A DNA stretch of 64,000 bases. Origin: Candidatus Bathyarchaeota archaeon. GTDB lineage: Archaea; Thermoproteota; Bathyarchaeia; Bathyarchaeales; Bathycorpusculaceae. The number at the start of each line of letters is the position of its first letter. Within the stretch, counting starts at the first letter, position 1. The notes under the pieces are model-generated. The model saw only the letters and a program-made list of their open reading frames with translations, made no database searches and had not been told where the DNA came from. The stretch spans positions 1,472,001-1,536,000 of the forward strand of contig OY970340.1 in the NCBI GenBank assembly GCA_963717465.1, given 5' to 3'. The translations under genes were made by a program, and so were the position numbers. Positions 54,246 to 64,000 of this stretch are shown piece by piece.

Positions 54246-55460
54246 ATGGATTTTTTAAGGGATTATGCTGAAATTGTAGGCCAGAGTGTTATTGACAACC
54301 TCTTCGAGAAAGCTGACAGACTTTCTGGAAAACACATCGTGTGCATAAGTTCTACTTATCATGGTGGAGGCGTGGCTGAAATTCTGGATAGTGCAGTAAT
54401 ATTACTCAATGAGATCGGAGTAGAGATTGGTTGGCGAATTTTTCATGGAAGCCCAGATTTTTTTACTGTTACAAAGAAATTTCATAATGCTTTGCAAGGG
54501 GAAAAAATTAATCTGTCTGAACAGAAAAAGCGTATTTATTACGAGACAAATAGGCGGTTCTCTATTTTTACGCATATAGAGCATGATTTGGTTATGGTGC
54601 ATGATCCTCAGCCTTTGCCGCTGATAGATTTTTACCATAAAAATTGCCCTTGGATTTTCAGGTGTCACATGGACTTGTCAGCTCCCAATCCTGAAGTCTG
54701 GAATTATCTTAAACATTTCATTTCAAAATATGACCGTTTCGTGGTATCGCTTGATGAGTATAAGCAGGACTTGCCGATTCCTCAAAGCGTTATTCACCCG
54801 GCCATAGATCCTTTAACTTCCAAAAATAAGGAAGCATCCGAAGAAGACGTAAGTAAATACCTGAAAAAATTTGAGATAGATCAAGAAAGACCTATTATTT
54901 CTCAAATTTCACGATTTGACAAATGGAAAGATCCATTGGGGCTTTTAGACGTCTTTGAAATGGTCAGAAATAAAATGGATTGTCAACTGGTACTTCTTGG
55001 TGCTCTTTCTATTGATGACCCTGAAGGTCACTTAATTTATGAGAAAGTTCATGAAAAAGCAATGAAATCTCGCTATGAAAATGATATTAAATTGCTTATG
55101 ATCGATAATGATTTCTTGGTGAATTGTGTGCAGAGAGCTTCTTGGGTTGTTGTTCAAAAGTCTATCAGGGAAGGATTCGGATTGACTGTTTCTGAAGCTC
55201 TCTACAAGGGTACTCCTGTTGTGGCCTCTAACGTGGGAGGAATTCCTATCCAGCTAATCGACGGCTATGACGGATTTCTTCATGAACCTAAAGACTTTTC
55301 TGGATTTAGCCGCAGCATCATAAAATTATTGAAAGATGAAAAACTTAGAAAGAAACTGGGTCAAAACGGAAAAGAACACGTTAAAAAGAATTTCTTGATT
55401 ACCCGATTCATTTCCGACTGGCTAACACTTTTTGAAAATACAATGAAAAAGCATGAATAA
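54246..55460 (+). CDS. treT: GT4 glycosyltransferase, TreT-like trehalose synthase
   Basis: STYHGGGVAEIL, TKKFHNALQG, HDPQP, SRFDKWKDP, EGFGLTVSEA. Confidence 0.8.
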   Translation: MDFLRDYAEIVGQSVIDNLFEKADRLSGKHIVCISSTYHGGGVAEILDSAVILLNEIGVEIGWRIFHGSPDFFTVTKKFHNALQGEKINLSEQKKRIYYETNRRFSIFTHIEHDLVMVHDPQPLPLIDFYHKNCPWIFRCHMDLSAPNPEVWNYLKHFISKYDRFVVSLDEYKQDLPIPQSVIHPAIDPLTSKNKEASEEDVSKYLKKFEIDQERPIISQISRFDKWKDPLGLLDVFEMVRNKMDCQLVLLGALSIDDPEGHLIYEKVHEKAMKSRYENDIKLLMIDNDFLVNCVQRASWVVVQKSIREGFGLTVSEALYKGTPVVASNVGGIPIQLIDGYDGFLHEPKDFSGFSRSIIKLLKDEKLRKKLGQNGKEHVKKNFLITRFISDWLTLFENTMKKHE

Positions 55461-55461
55461 T

Positions 55462-56399
55462 CTATTTTTTGTTTTTCTCCTGTTGCGGCTGCGGTATCGG
55501 GATTATAGATGCTTTTGTTAGGTTCTCTTGCTCATTAAGAATTAGTGATATGGCTTTTCCTTCAGGAACAATTATCTTGGTATTCTTCTCCAAAGCCGTT
55601 GCGATTGTTTCCAATTGCTTGTAGACGATTGCGCTATCCTTGAAGTACGTTGTTAAGACTTCATTTCTCAGTTTTTCGTTGCTTGAGCATCGCCTTCAGC
55701 TATCGCGATGGTAGCAGTTTTTTGGCCTTCAGCTTCGAGGATGACTGCTTGTTTTTGTCCTTCAGCAACCTGAATTGCAGCGTTCTTCTGTCCGCTTGCT
55801 AAGGTAGCTTGAGCTATGGCGGTTTTTTCAGCTGCTTGCCTATCGTTGTCTGCTTTAAGGACTGACTCCATGGATATTATCAGTTCTCGGGGTGGCTCCA
55901 AATCCTTGATTTCAGCACGAACAATCTCAATCCCCCACTTCTCAGTTTGTGCATCTAGGGCTGCCTTGAGGGAGGTGTTGATGATTGGTCTGGATGTGTT
56001 AGCTATAGCCATATCCATGCCGCCAATGATATCCCTAAGTACTGTTCTGGCAAGAATGTCGATTTGAGCTGAATAGTTGGCGACATTGTACTCTGAAGCT
56101 TTGACTGAGTTTTCATCAGACTTGACCTTGTAAAATACTACTGCGTCTACGCCCATGAAGACTTTGTCTTTGGTGATGACGTCTTGACGCTGTACGGGCG
56201 TCATACGCTCGGTAATGTTGACTCTTATTATGCGGTCAATTATTGGAAAAAGCAAGGTTACGCCTCCTTCAACAAAGCGGCGGTATTTTCCAAGGCGCTC
56301 AACTAAGCCTTTTTCAGTGGGTCTAACGATGTGAAACGACGCTACAAACAAATAAAGGATTACTGCTATGGGAACTACTATCGCCACTACTTCAAGCAC
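55462..56399 (-). CDS. SPFH/band-7 (stomatin-like) membrane protein (frameshift near 55672)
   Basis: N-terminal TM, LVERLGKY, QDVITKD, LRDIIG, WGIEI.R.EI. Confidence 0.85.
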
Positions 56400-56512
56400 A
56401 CTTCAACCTTTGCTCCCTCTCTTATATTGTCTCATTGCGAGCAAGCATATTTGGGATTTAAGATTTGCTATTAGAAACAAACTTAAAACCATTAGGATTC
56501 AAACAAAATAAG

Positions 56513-56588
56513 CGGGCCCGGTGGGATTTGAACCCACGATCTCCGGCTCCGAAGGCCGACACCTTAATCCGTGCTAGGCTACGAGCCC
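56513..56588 (-). tRNA. tRNA-Arg(TCG)
   Basis: GGGCTCG/CGGGCCC acceptor stem, TCGGC-CTTCGGA-GCCGG anticodon arm, GTGGG-TTCAAAT-CCCAC T arm. Confidence 0.95.
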
Positions 56589-56864
56589 TTTTCCATGCGA
56601 TAACACTAGTACACGGAGCTAGAGATGATGCTTGCCTTTATCGGCTTTCGTTGCGGATTTCGTGTTTTTAAGAGTAAATGCAATATTTAGGCTTTGCATG
56701 TCCAACTATTCCATATAGGGTTTTCTAACTTCCACAGAATTTCTGATAGCTTTTCTTGCTGCTTCCCTGATTCTCGGACCACGCACTTCTACTTTGTTGT
56801 ATTTTTGATCTCCAAAGCATTCTGAAGGTAAAAATTAAATAAAGCGTGCCTTAACCGATATAGT

Positions 56865-57365
56865 ATGGATATCGGAATCGGGGAAATCGACAAAGAATTC
56901 TATAATCGACGTATAAAGGGGGTTGATTGGAAATCAATTTCTCCGGAAATAGCTAAAATATTGGTCAGCCCGAGTTTTTATCTTACGCAGGCGCAACTTC
57001 ATTATCAAAGAAAAATTCGAGAATTGCTGGTCGATTTCGATGTGACGGAAACTCAGTTTAACTTGCTTGTCCGCCTGATGGTATTGGCAAAAAAAGGGCA
57101 GGTAGTCACACAGATGAACCTTGCTAATTTTTTGAACGCAAATAAGATGCAGGTTTCAAAAGTCCTGCGTACGATGGAGAAAAAGGAGCTAGTTGTACGG
57201 AAAAAAAATCCGCTGGACGGTCGGGCGAGATCCATTGTAGTAACTGAAAAAGGGCTCAAAACTATTGATAATGTATTGACTCTTGTCGTGAAATTTGATG
57301 AGGGCTTCTTTTCCATTCTTGATAATAAGGATGAATTCGTAACACAGCTGAAAAAATTATTCTGA
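56865..57365 (+). CDS. MarR family regulator
   Basis: VTETQF.LL, VSKVLRTMEKKELV.R...DGRA..I.VTEKG. Confidence 0.88.
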   Translation: MDIGIGEIDKEFYNRRIKGVDWKSISPEIAKILVSPSFYLTQAQLHYQRKIRELLVDFDVTETQFNLLVRLMVLAKKGQVVTQMNLANFLNANKMQVSKVLRTMEKKELVVRKKNPLDGRARSIVVTEKGLKTIDNVLTLVVKFDEGFFSILDNKDEFVTQLKKLF

Positions 57366-57446
57366 CTACATGCATTTTCTTTAAACGTAATATTTTCTAG
57401 ACCAAAAATGCTAAATAGTAACCACGATTACTATATTACGATAAAA

Positions 57447-59235
57447 ATGCTGACCATTTCAAAAAATTTCGCGACTAAAACCCGCTGGTGGGCAGGACCA
57501 ATTTTCATCTTAAATCTTATCTCAATAATATTCGGAATCGCCTATCTTTCGTACTCTGCATACACAGTTGCATGGGAAGTTTTTGGAATTATCTTATTAA
57601 TTACATTCTTCGGCAATTTGCTCCTCGTCTACTTGTCAGATGGGGTAATAAACAAAAACATCCCAGCTGGCAATCGCCTAAATTGGGCTTGTTATGGATT
57701 CCTTATTATTATAATGCTGGCTATGGTGGGGATGTTAGAAGGCAATACCACCAGTTCAGGTACCTATTCTAACGCCTTCGGGATAGGAAATGCAATTAGT
57801 ATTGTGAGTTATTTTAGCATCGAAGTTATGGGCATGATAATCGCTGTTTGGGCTATTAGAATTCATCCATTTCGATCGGAATGGCAACCAACCCACAAAT
57901 TGGCTCACCAATCTATTCCTCATAAACGGGTTAGAATCATTATCCTCATTCTTTCATTCATATTATTAATGGTAATGGGATATTTTGCAATTGCAACTTT
58001 GGCTGGAGCAACAATTGCTTCTCTGACTTCAGGAACCGTACATATTACAGCTGGATTAGTCGGCGTTTATGCTGCGGAGTTCGGAGGATTTTGGGTTTTC
58101 ATTGCTCTATCCGCCACTATCTTTTTCTTAAAGGCTTCAAGGCGCTTTAATAAACGACTACTAGGCAACAATCATTTGTGCTTTAGGATTAGTTATCAGT
58201 CTAATACTCTTTATTCCGATGGTTGCAATGGCATCTTCCTTTCCAGCATCATCTGCGGATCAAGAAATGAACGACGCTTTTACTACTAGCTGGAGTGCTA
58301 TTCCATCAAATGTGGAATCCTATTTCTTATCCTCTCGCTTTAACGTACCAGCTTATTACTTAGGAATTCCAGCAGAAAATTGCGAGGTAATTCCAAATGT
58401 ATCCTTCTACAATGGGACAAGCGGGGTGGATGCAGGACTACAGTTGTATTTTGATGCCTATTTACCTCCAGATCATGGAATTGGTCTACCTGGTCAAAAT
58501 TCCACACTAATTAGAATTCATGGAGGAGGCTGGACCATAAGTGATAAGGGCTTTCCCAATACTCTTCAGATGAACAAGTATTTTGCCGCCCAAGGTTATT
58601 GCGTCTTCGATATTGAGTATGGTCTAACTAATCAATCGCCCCCCCTGATTCCGGAAGCACAATCTGTAACGCCTTCGTACACTGTAGGGAACTTCACAAT
58701 GAACGACATGGTTCGTCAAATCGGAATCTTTTGCAAGTATCTGACGACATATCATTCAGAATATGGTGCCAACATTAGCTCAGTTTTTATCGAGGGAGAT
58801 TCAGCTGGAGGGCAATTAACTTGTGCGACTGCACTGGCAATTGCCAGCGGTAATTATACGTCACTTTTCGGAACAGGTTTAACTGTTCGGGGATTCATCC
58901 CTGTTTATCCTGGCAACGGAAATCATAAAAATGCTGACTACGGTATTTTACCCTATTCTTTAGATAACAATGCAAGTTTACCCCAATTCTATGATCCAAC
59001 TCTCTTAGTGACTGCAAATAGTCCTCCCTGCATAGTGTTCCAGGGAACCCAAGATGGTCTTGTCAATCCAGCCACCTCAATAGCTTTGCAAACAGCCTAC
59101 AAAAATCAGGGAAACTCAGCATGTGCGCTGATTCTAATGCCGTTCGCAAATCACGGGTTTACTCTATATTTCTCTGATTATTATACGTACTTCCTCGTTT
59201 ATTATATGGAACGGTTTATGTATCTATACAGGTAA
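57447..59235 (+). CDS. Multi-TM membrane protein fused to an alpha/beta hydrolase (esterase/lipase); frameshift near 58170
   Basis: N-terminal TM helices; HGGGW, GDSAGG nucleophile, QGTQDGLV, NHGF. Confidence 0.75.
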
Positions 59236-59302
59236 TGGCGTGGAAAGTGAAGACCCATAATTTTTTATGCATTTGCTTCCGTTTTTAATTAAATGATTGA
59301 TA

Positions 59303-59596
59303 ATGGTTAAAAAAAGGTTCAAACTATCAGCTAACATATCTAGTGATAATCCATCCGCAATCAAACCAGTGTTGGAACGGATCATAGGCAATAAAGGAGT
59401 TGTCAAGCCCACGGCTGAGGGTTTCGAAGTTAACGCAGAACTTGATGGAGAAAGCGCCAAAGACCTAAACCGAGTTTTGCTATCAGAAATGCGCAAGGTT
59501 GAGAAGAAGACTAGAATTCGCTCGGAATGGATTTTGAGTGATACGGTTGAAAGGTTTTTTGATTATGTGCTTAAGTCAACTCGGAAAGTAAAATAA
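59303..59596 (+). CDS. Hypothetical protein
   Basis: Clean ORF with protein-like composition (GESAKDLNR.LLSEMRKVEKKTR). Confidence 0.7.
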   Translation: MVKKRFKLSANISSDNPSAIKPVLERIIGNKGVVKPTAEGFEVNAELDGESAKDLNRVLLSEMRKVEKKTRIRSEWILSDTVERFFDYVLKSTRKVK

Positions 59597-59676
59597 ATTT
59601 TAGTATTCCGAGAATGATGTCGTGCTTTTTTGTTTTTATTTGTTATATTGATATTTATTTCGAAAGATTAAAGAGC

Positions 59677-59693
59677 TACTATAGTTGATAGTA
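59677..59693. promoter_or_regulatory. BlaI-type operator TACTAT-N5-ATAGTA
   Basis: Perfect inverted repeat 17 nt upstream of the BlaI-like gene. Confidence 0.65.
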
Positions 59694-59710
59694 AATGTAG
59701 TGAACCATAC

Positions 59711-60160
59711 TTGACGGATGAGAAAAAACCCGGCGTCTCGCAATATAACATAGAGGGCAAAGCACTTGAAGCCTTCCTAGGTCCATTAGAATCAAGCATC
59801 ATGGACACAATCTGGACATCAAATAAGACGCCCCTAACAGTAAGGGAAGTTTACGAAAACCTCAAAAAAACAAAAAATCTAGCCTACACAACCATTATGT
59901 CAACGATGGATCGATTGTTTGAGAAACGCCTTCTTGACCGCAAAGTAGAGAAGGGCAGAGGCGGCTTATACTATGTCTATTGGCCTTCACTAGAAAAGCA
60001 AACCTTTCAAAAATCCGCTGTTCGAGAAGTACTCTCTAGTCTAATTGACAATTTCGGTGATGTGGTAGCTAACTGTTTAGTGGATGAAACAAGCCTGAAT
60101 GAAGAGGAACGTGCAGTTCTCAAAGAACAACTTAATAAAAACATGCCTAAGAAGAATTAA
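59711..60160 (+). CDS. BlaI/MecI/CopY family repressor
   Basis: LGPLESSIM..IW, TVREV, LAYTTIMSTMDRLFEK.LL.R. Confidence 0.9.
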   Translation: MTDEKKPGVSQYNIEGKALEAFLGPLESSIMDTIWTSNKTPLTVREVYENLKKTKNLAYTTIMSTMDRLFEKRLLDRKVEKGRGGLYYVYWPSLEKQTFQKSAVREVLSSLIDNFGDVVANCLVDETSLNEEERAVLKEQLNKNMPKKN

Positions 60161-60176
60161 AAGTTGGCCGTTCAAA

Positions 60177-61568
60177 ATGAACTTTGAAGCCATGCTCAAC
60201 CAAGTATTTCAACCATACTTCTACTACTCAGTCATATCTTTAGTTATTTCTTTTATCTGCGTAAAAATCTTAACAAAATACTGCAGCTTCATAAGCAATA
60301 AAACAAAAAGCTTCCTTTTCCTTACCCCGCTAATACTGCCTTTGGTAGTCATGATCATCTTCAATCCTTCAACAGTCATCCAAACGACCACTCAGAGAAT
60401 AGCTACTTTTGTTATGCCAAACGCAATTCAGGCAAACAACGTGTTTAGCACAGCTCCCGTTTTGCCGCCATCTTCCATGCCAGTGGGTATTATCGTAAGC
60501 TTTCTTACAATTACCGTCCCATCGTACACGGGAATAATCTGCATAATCGGCCTTATTTTAGGCGGATTGTTTGCTCTTCTAATAACGCTTGCTGATGACC
60601 GAATAACTAGAAGGATGCTGCATGTAATCTTGCTCTCTCCTAACGAGCAACCATGGTTAAAGGCGAAAGTGGATGAAGCCTCACAGAAATTGAAAATTGT
60701 CCCTCCGAAAATTGGAATAGTTGAAGATTTACGGCCGAACGCCTTCACTATTGGCTATGGGCACAGAGCAACGATTGTCTTCTCAATTGGTCTATTTAAT
60801 ATTCTTAAAAAAGAAGAATTAGAAGCTGTAGTGTCTCATGAACTGGCACATGTTAAGAATCAGGATTTCTTCTTCAAAACCCTATCAAACGCGTTAACAA
60901 TGATTTCCTTCTTCAACCCTATTGCATACATCGCTTCCTCAACCGCTCAAAGAGAAAGAGAAATGTTTGCTGATGAACAAGCAATCTTAACTTTAAAAAG
61001 ACCTGAAGCGTTGGCCGATGCGCTTGCTAAAATTTGCGTGGCAATTCAGACATTACCTAAAGAAGGAGCGCTAACCACTTTTTCTTCAAACCTCATAGTC
61101 GCATCATCAATTATTCATAAGGCTGATATACTCGCAACTCACCCAAAGCTAGATAAAAGAATTAAGAACATTTCGTTGATAAAACCAGGCAATAGCCATT
61201 GGAACATGAAAAATAAGTGGTATGCAATTCTGCTCTCTTTGCTTTTAGTTTCTTCAGCAGTAGCTGTGATGTTAGCTATGGCTAGTCTGCAAGCAAGTTA
61301 TGCCAGCACACAAATTAATTTAACTCCAACTGTATTAAATCTTGGTTCTGAAGGTTTAAGTTCAGTAAATGGTCCTCCCTGCTGCAATTCAATAATTCTG
61401 CATTCAAATAGCACTCAATATATGGTTGTGCAAACTTATCAGCCCATTGTGGTGATGGGCAACGGTAGTAATACGTTTGGTAATGTCCAGTATCGGTATG
61501 AGGGTGGCTTTGTTGTCGTTTTTCAAAATTCTACTTCTAATAGCGTAGGAATTTTTGCTTCCAATTAA
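60177..61568 (+). CDS. Membrane zinc metalloprotease (M56/M48; BlaR1/HtpX-like)
   Basis: PNAFT.G, ELEAVVSHELAH, REREMFAD, THP..RI; several TM helices. Confidence 0.85.
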   Translation: MNFEAMLNQVFQPYFYYSVISLVISFICVKILTKYCSFISNKTKSFLFLTPLILPLVVMIIFNPSTVIQTTTQRIATFVMPNAIQANNVFSTAPVLPPSSMPVGIIVSFLTITVPSYTGIICIIGLILGGLFALLITLADDRITRRMLHVILLSPNEQPWLKAKVDEASQKLKIVPPKIGIVEDLRPNAFTIGYGHRATIVFSIGLFNILKKEELEAVVSHELAHVKNQDFFFKTLSNALTMISFFNPIAYIASSTAQREREMFADEQAILTLKRPEALADALAKICVAIQTLPKEGALTTFSSNLIVASSIIHKADILATHPKLDKRIKNISLIKPGNSHWNMKNKWYAILLSLLLVSSAVAVMLAMASLQASYASTQINLTPTVLNLGSEGLSSVNGPPCCNSIILHSNSTQYMVVQTYQPIVVMGNGSNTFGNVQYRYEGGFVVVFQNSTSNSVGIFASN

Positions 61569-61670
61569 GTGTCATTAGTTGTGTTTCTTGTAGTTTTGTA
61601 GGTTTGGGACTTTGGGAATTTTGATAATGTTGGTAGTGCTTGATTAGGTTTGTTCGGATTTGTGTAAAGT

Positions 61671-61784
61671 TACTATTGGTAATAGTGGGTCTATAAAGGT
61701 TACTGTTGGTGAGGGCGGGTATATATAGACCGCTACTATCAATGTTAGTAACATTTATATTGGAAGCTATTACTTGTGATAGTA
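61671..61784. promoter_or_regulatory. Three further BlaI-type boxes upstream of the HtrA-like gene
   Basis: TACTAT-N5-ATAGTG (61671-87), TACTAT-N5-TTAGTA (61734-50), TATTAC-N5-ATAGTA (61768-84). Confidence 0.55.
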
Positions 61785-62001
61785 ACTACTCCCAACGAAC
61801 GGAAGTGGCCAGAAAAGACACCGCAAAACGCAAAATCCCCAAAATGAGCAAAAAAGAGGAACAAAAAATGACCACCACAAACATAAAAAGAACCCAGATC
61901 AAACCCCTATCATGCAAACAAACACTACTAGCCAATAAACCTCAAAGACAACAAACAGCAAAACCCCCAGGTGGAGGCAGCAAGCACAAGGAGGCCGAAT
62001 A

Positions 62002-63375
62002 ATGGAGTTTCCTTCTCCTTCTCCTTCGTCTGAGTCTCCTTCTCCTCCACCTGAATCTCCTTCGTCTGAGTCTCCTTCTCCTCCACCTGAATCTCCTTCG
62101 TCTGAGTCTCCTTCTCCTCCACCTGAATCTCCTTCGTCTGAGTCTCCTTCTCCTCCACCTGAATCTCCTTCGTCTGAGTCTCCTTCTCCTCCTTCAGTGA
62201 AGCCGCCGAGAGTTAAACGTCGTTTTTCAGCTTTATTTGTGGTGGGAGTGTTGTTGGTTGGATTAGTTGCTGGTAGCTTGATTTGTTATGCAGCTAGTTA
62301 TTCGTTGTTTAACGGTAAACTTGCCTATTTAGAGTCAGCGCAGAGTAACCCGTTGAATGTTACTTACCTGAATGGTACTTACTATTTGGATGGAAACGTT
62401 TCGTTGTCTGCGGTCTACGGGCAAGTTCAGCAATCCGTTGTTGTCATTCGTGATCTTCTTCCTGAGTATACTTTCTTCGGAACGGAGTATGAAGAGTTGC
62501 AGGGGTCAGGTTTCGTGACAACTGTTGATAATCAGCAAGTCATAGTTACGAATAATCATGTGGTGGAAGGTACGACAAACATAACTGTGACGTTCGCGGA
62601 TGGCAGTAGCTATATAGCAAATGAAATCGGTTCTGATTCGTTGGCAGATCTTGCGGTTCTTACTGTAAGCTCTATGCCTAGTGGTATACCGTCATTAACA
62701 TTGGCTAGTTCAACTACTCTTCAGGTTGGTGACCCAGTTATTGCAATAGGTTCACCCTATGGGTTGTCAGGGACACTTACCACGGGCGTTATCAGTGCAC
62801 TTGACAGAACGATAACTGAAGAATCAAGCGAAAGTGGTGCAACGGGTCCAACGATTCCTGATATGATTCAAACTAGTACTGCTATTAACCCGGGCAATTC
62901 AGGTGGACCGCTTGTTAACTATGCAGGTGATGTTGTAGGAATTACTACTGCAGCCGTAAGTGATTCTGAAGGTTTAGGTTTTGCGATTCCATCATCCACG
63001 ATTATACGTGAATTATATTCGCTGGTAACAACAGGCACATATGATGAGCACCCAACGATTGATACTTCTGGAGTTGACATGGATTACGCTATTGCACAAG
63101 CCATGGGCACAAACGTAACATATGGTTATCTTGTTGAAAGTGTTTCCACGCAAAATGGCTTAGATGGCGGCAATACGCAAACAACAATAGAAGGCTCAAC
63201 TGTAGTCATCGGCGGCGACATCATCATCGCTATCAACGGGACAAAAATTATCAACACTGACTCGCTGCTTGCTTACTTAGAGGAAAATACACTACCAGGA
63301 CAAACCATGAACTTTACAGTAATACGTGATGGAGCAACTCAAACAGTTTCAGTGACCATTGGGAAACTTTCATAG
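62002..63375 (+). CDS. htrA: HtrA/DegP-like serine protease (S1C plus PDZ), membrane anchored
   Basis: QGSGF, TNNHVV, DLAVL, AINPGNSGGPL, GDIIIAING. Confidence 0.9.
   Translation: MEFPSPSPSSESPSPPPESPSSESPSPPPESPSSESPSPPPESPSSESPSPPPESPSSESPSPPSVKPPRVKRRFSALFVVGVLLVGLVAGSLICYAASYSLFNGKLAYLESAQSNPLNVTYLNGTYYLDGNVSLSAVYGQVQQSVVVIRDLLPEYTFFGTEYEELQGSGFVTTVDNQQVIVTNNHVVEGTTNITVTFADGSSYIANEIGSDSLADLAVLTVSSMPSGIPSLTLASSTTLQVGDPVIAIGSPYGLSGTLTTGVISALDRTITEESSESGATGPTIPDMIQTSTAINPGNSGGPLVNYAGDVVGITTAAVSDSEGLGFAIPSSTIIRELYSLVTTGTYDEHPTIDTSGVDMDYAIAQAMGTNVTYGYLVESVSTQNGLDGGNTQTTIEGSTVVIGGDIIIAINGTKIINTDSLLAYLEENTLPGQTMNFTVIRDGATQTVSVTIGKLS
62020..62192 (+). repeat. 36-bp perfect tandem repeat (~4.8 copies) encoding SPSSESPSPPPE
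   Basis: Unit TCTCCTTCGTCTGAGTCTCCTTCTCCTCCACCTGAA starts at 62020, 62056, 62092, 62128 and 62164 (partial). Confidence 0.95.
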
Positions 63376-63575
63376 CAACTTTTTAAGAGTGCTCCTTTCT
63401 TTTTCGGTACGCTTGAATGCGAAGGATCGATACTATTAAGTGCGTTTGATTGATTTTCCAATATATTTTTAGCTTTGTGTTATTACTTAAAATTATACGT
63501 CGAATTCTAAACGATAAAAACGTAAAAAGAAGACTCGAACAATGAAAGAAAGAATAAGACAAGTCATGGAGATGT

Positions 63576-63902
63576 TTGTTGTTGAGTGCAACGCCCGATG
63601 AGTCTGAAAAAACAGAGCCAGAACCGAGCCCTGTTGACATATCTACTTTGGACATTTATCAGCTTTTAGAATTGTTTATTATGCTGTTAAGTGAACAGGC
63701 GTGGCGTCTAATAGGATTACAGGTTGATCCGCGTACGAATAAAATAAATAAAGATCTGGTAAAAGCTCATGTCGCGATTGACTGCATAATCTCGCTCGTT
63801 GACAAGATGGAACCTGCCTTAAACGCTGTGGAAATGGAACGTTTGCGAAGGCTAATAACTGACCTGCAATTAAACTACGCCGAGCAAAGTTCAAAAAAGT
63901 AA
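63576..63902 (+). CDS. DUF1844-like small protein
   Basis: L..QAW..IGL..DP......DL.KA..AID.......L.DLQLNY pattern. Confidence 0.7.
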   Translation: MLLSATPDESEKTEPEPSPVDISTLDIYQLLELFIMLLSEQAWRLIGLQVDPRTNKINKDLVKAHVAIDCIISLVDKMEPALNAVEMERLRRLITDLQLNYAEQSSKK

Positions 63903-64000
63903 CATCAATCATTTTTAAATCCATAAATATTAAACTGTTTGAGCATGAATCTTCGGTGAGATTGGTAGTTTAAACCTTTAGCATTGCATAGGGTTTAAAA

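Noticed and set aside
61706..62002. ORF upstream of htrA
   Set aside because: The 5' half runs through the operator/promoter region and the rest is low-complexity A-rich sequence; a short peptide from about 61843 cannot be excluded.
62020..62192. CRISPR array, or the minus-strand ORF 61928-62158
   Set aside because: Repeats are contiguous with no spacers and in frame in htrA; the antisense ORF is a shadow of the repeat.

Overview
AT-rich archaeal chromosome segment. The gene set (Orc1/Cdc6, NucS, NreA, Elf1-like, TrmB and HTH-10 regulators, HdrABC, corrinoid methyltransferase parts, tRNA-Arg) suggests a TACK lineage such as Bathyarchaeia; this is an inference. Many genes are split by single-base indels that look like long-read errors. 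The main finding is that three ORFs called separately at 47920-50484 (-) form one uninterrupted frame encoding an HdrA-MvhD fusion. It has two in-frame TGA codons exactly where a paralog in the same window (30371-32902) has Cys. Each TGA is followed, after exactly 6 nt, by an RNA hairpin that the Cys paralog lacks. This suggests a dual-selenocysteine protein decoded with bacterial-style, in-CDS SECIS elements, alongside a Cys back-up copy. No Sec machinery gene lies in the window, so the call is unconfirmed. Other highlights: a corrinoid/URO-D-fold methyltransferase cluster with duplicated SCP2 gene-promoter cassettes, a CdrS-like RHH gene without an adjacent ftsZ, a BlaI/BlaR-like/HtrA module with shared operator boxes, and several uncalled micro-ORFs.
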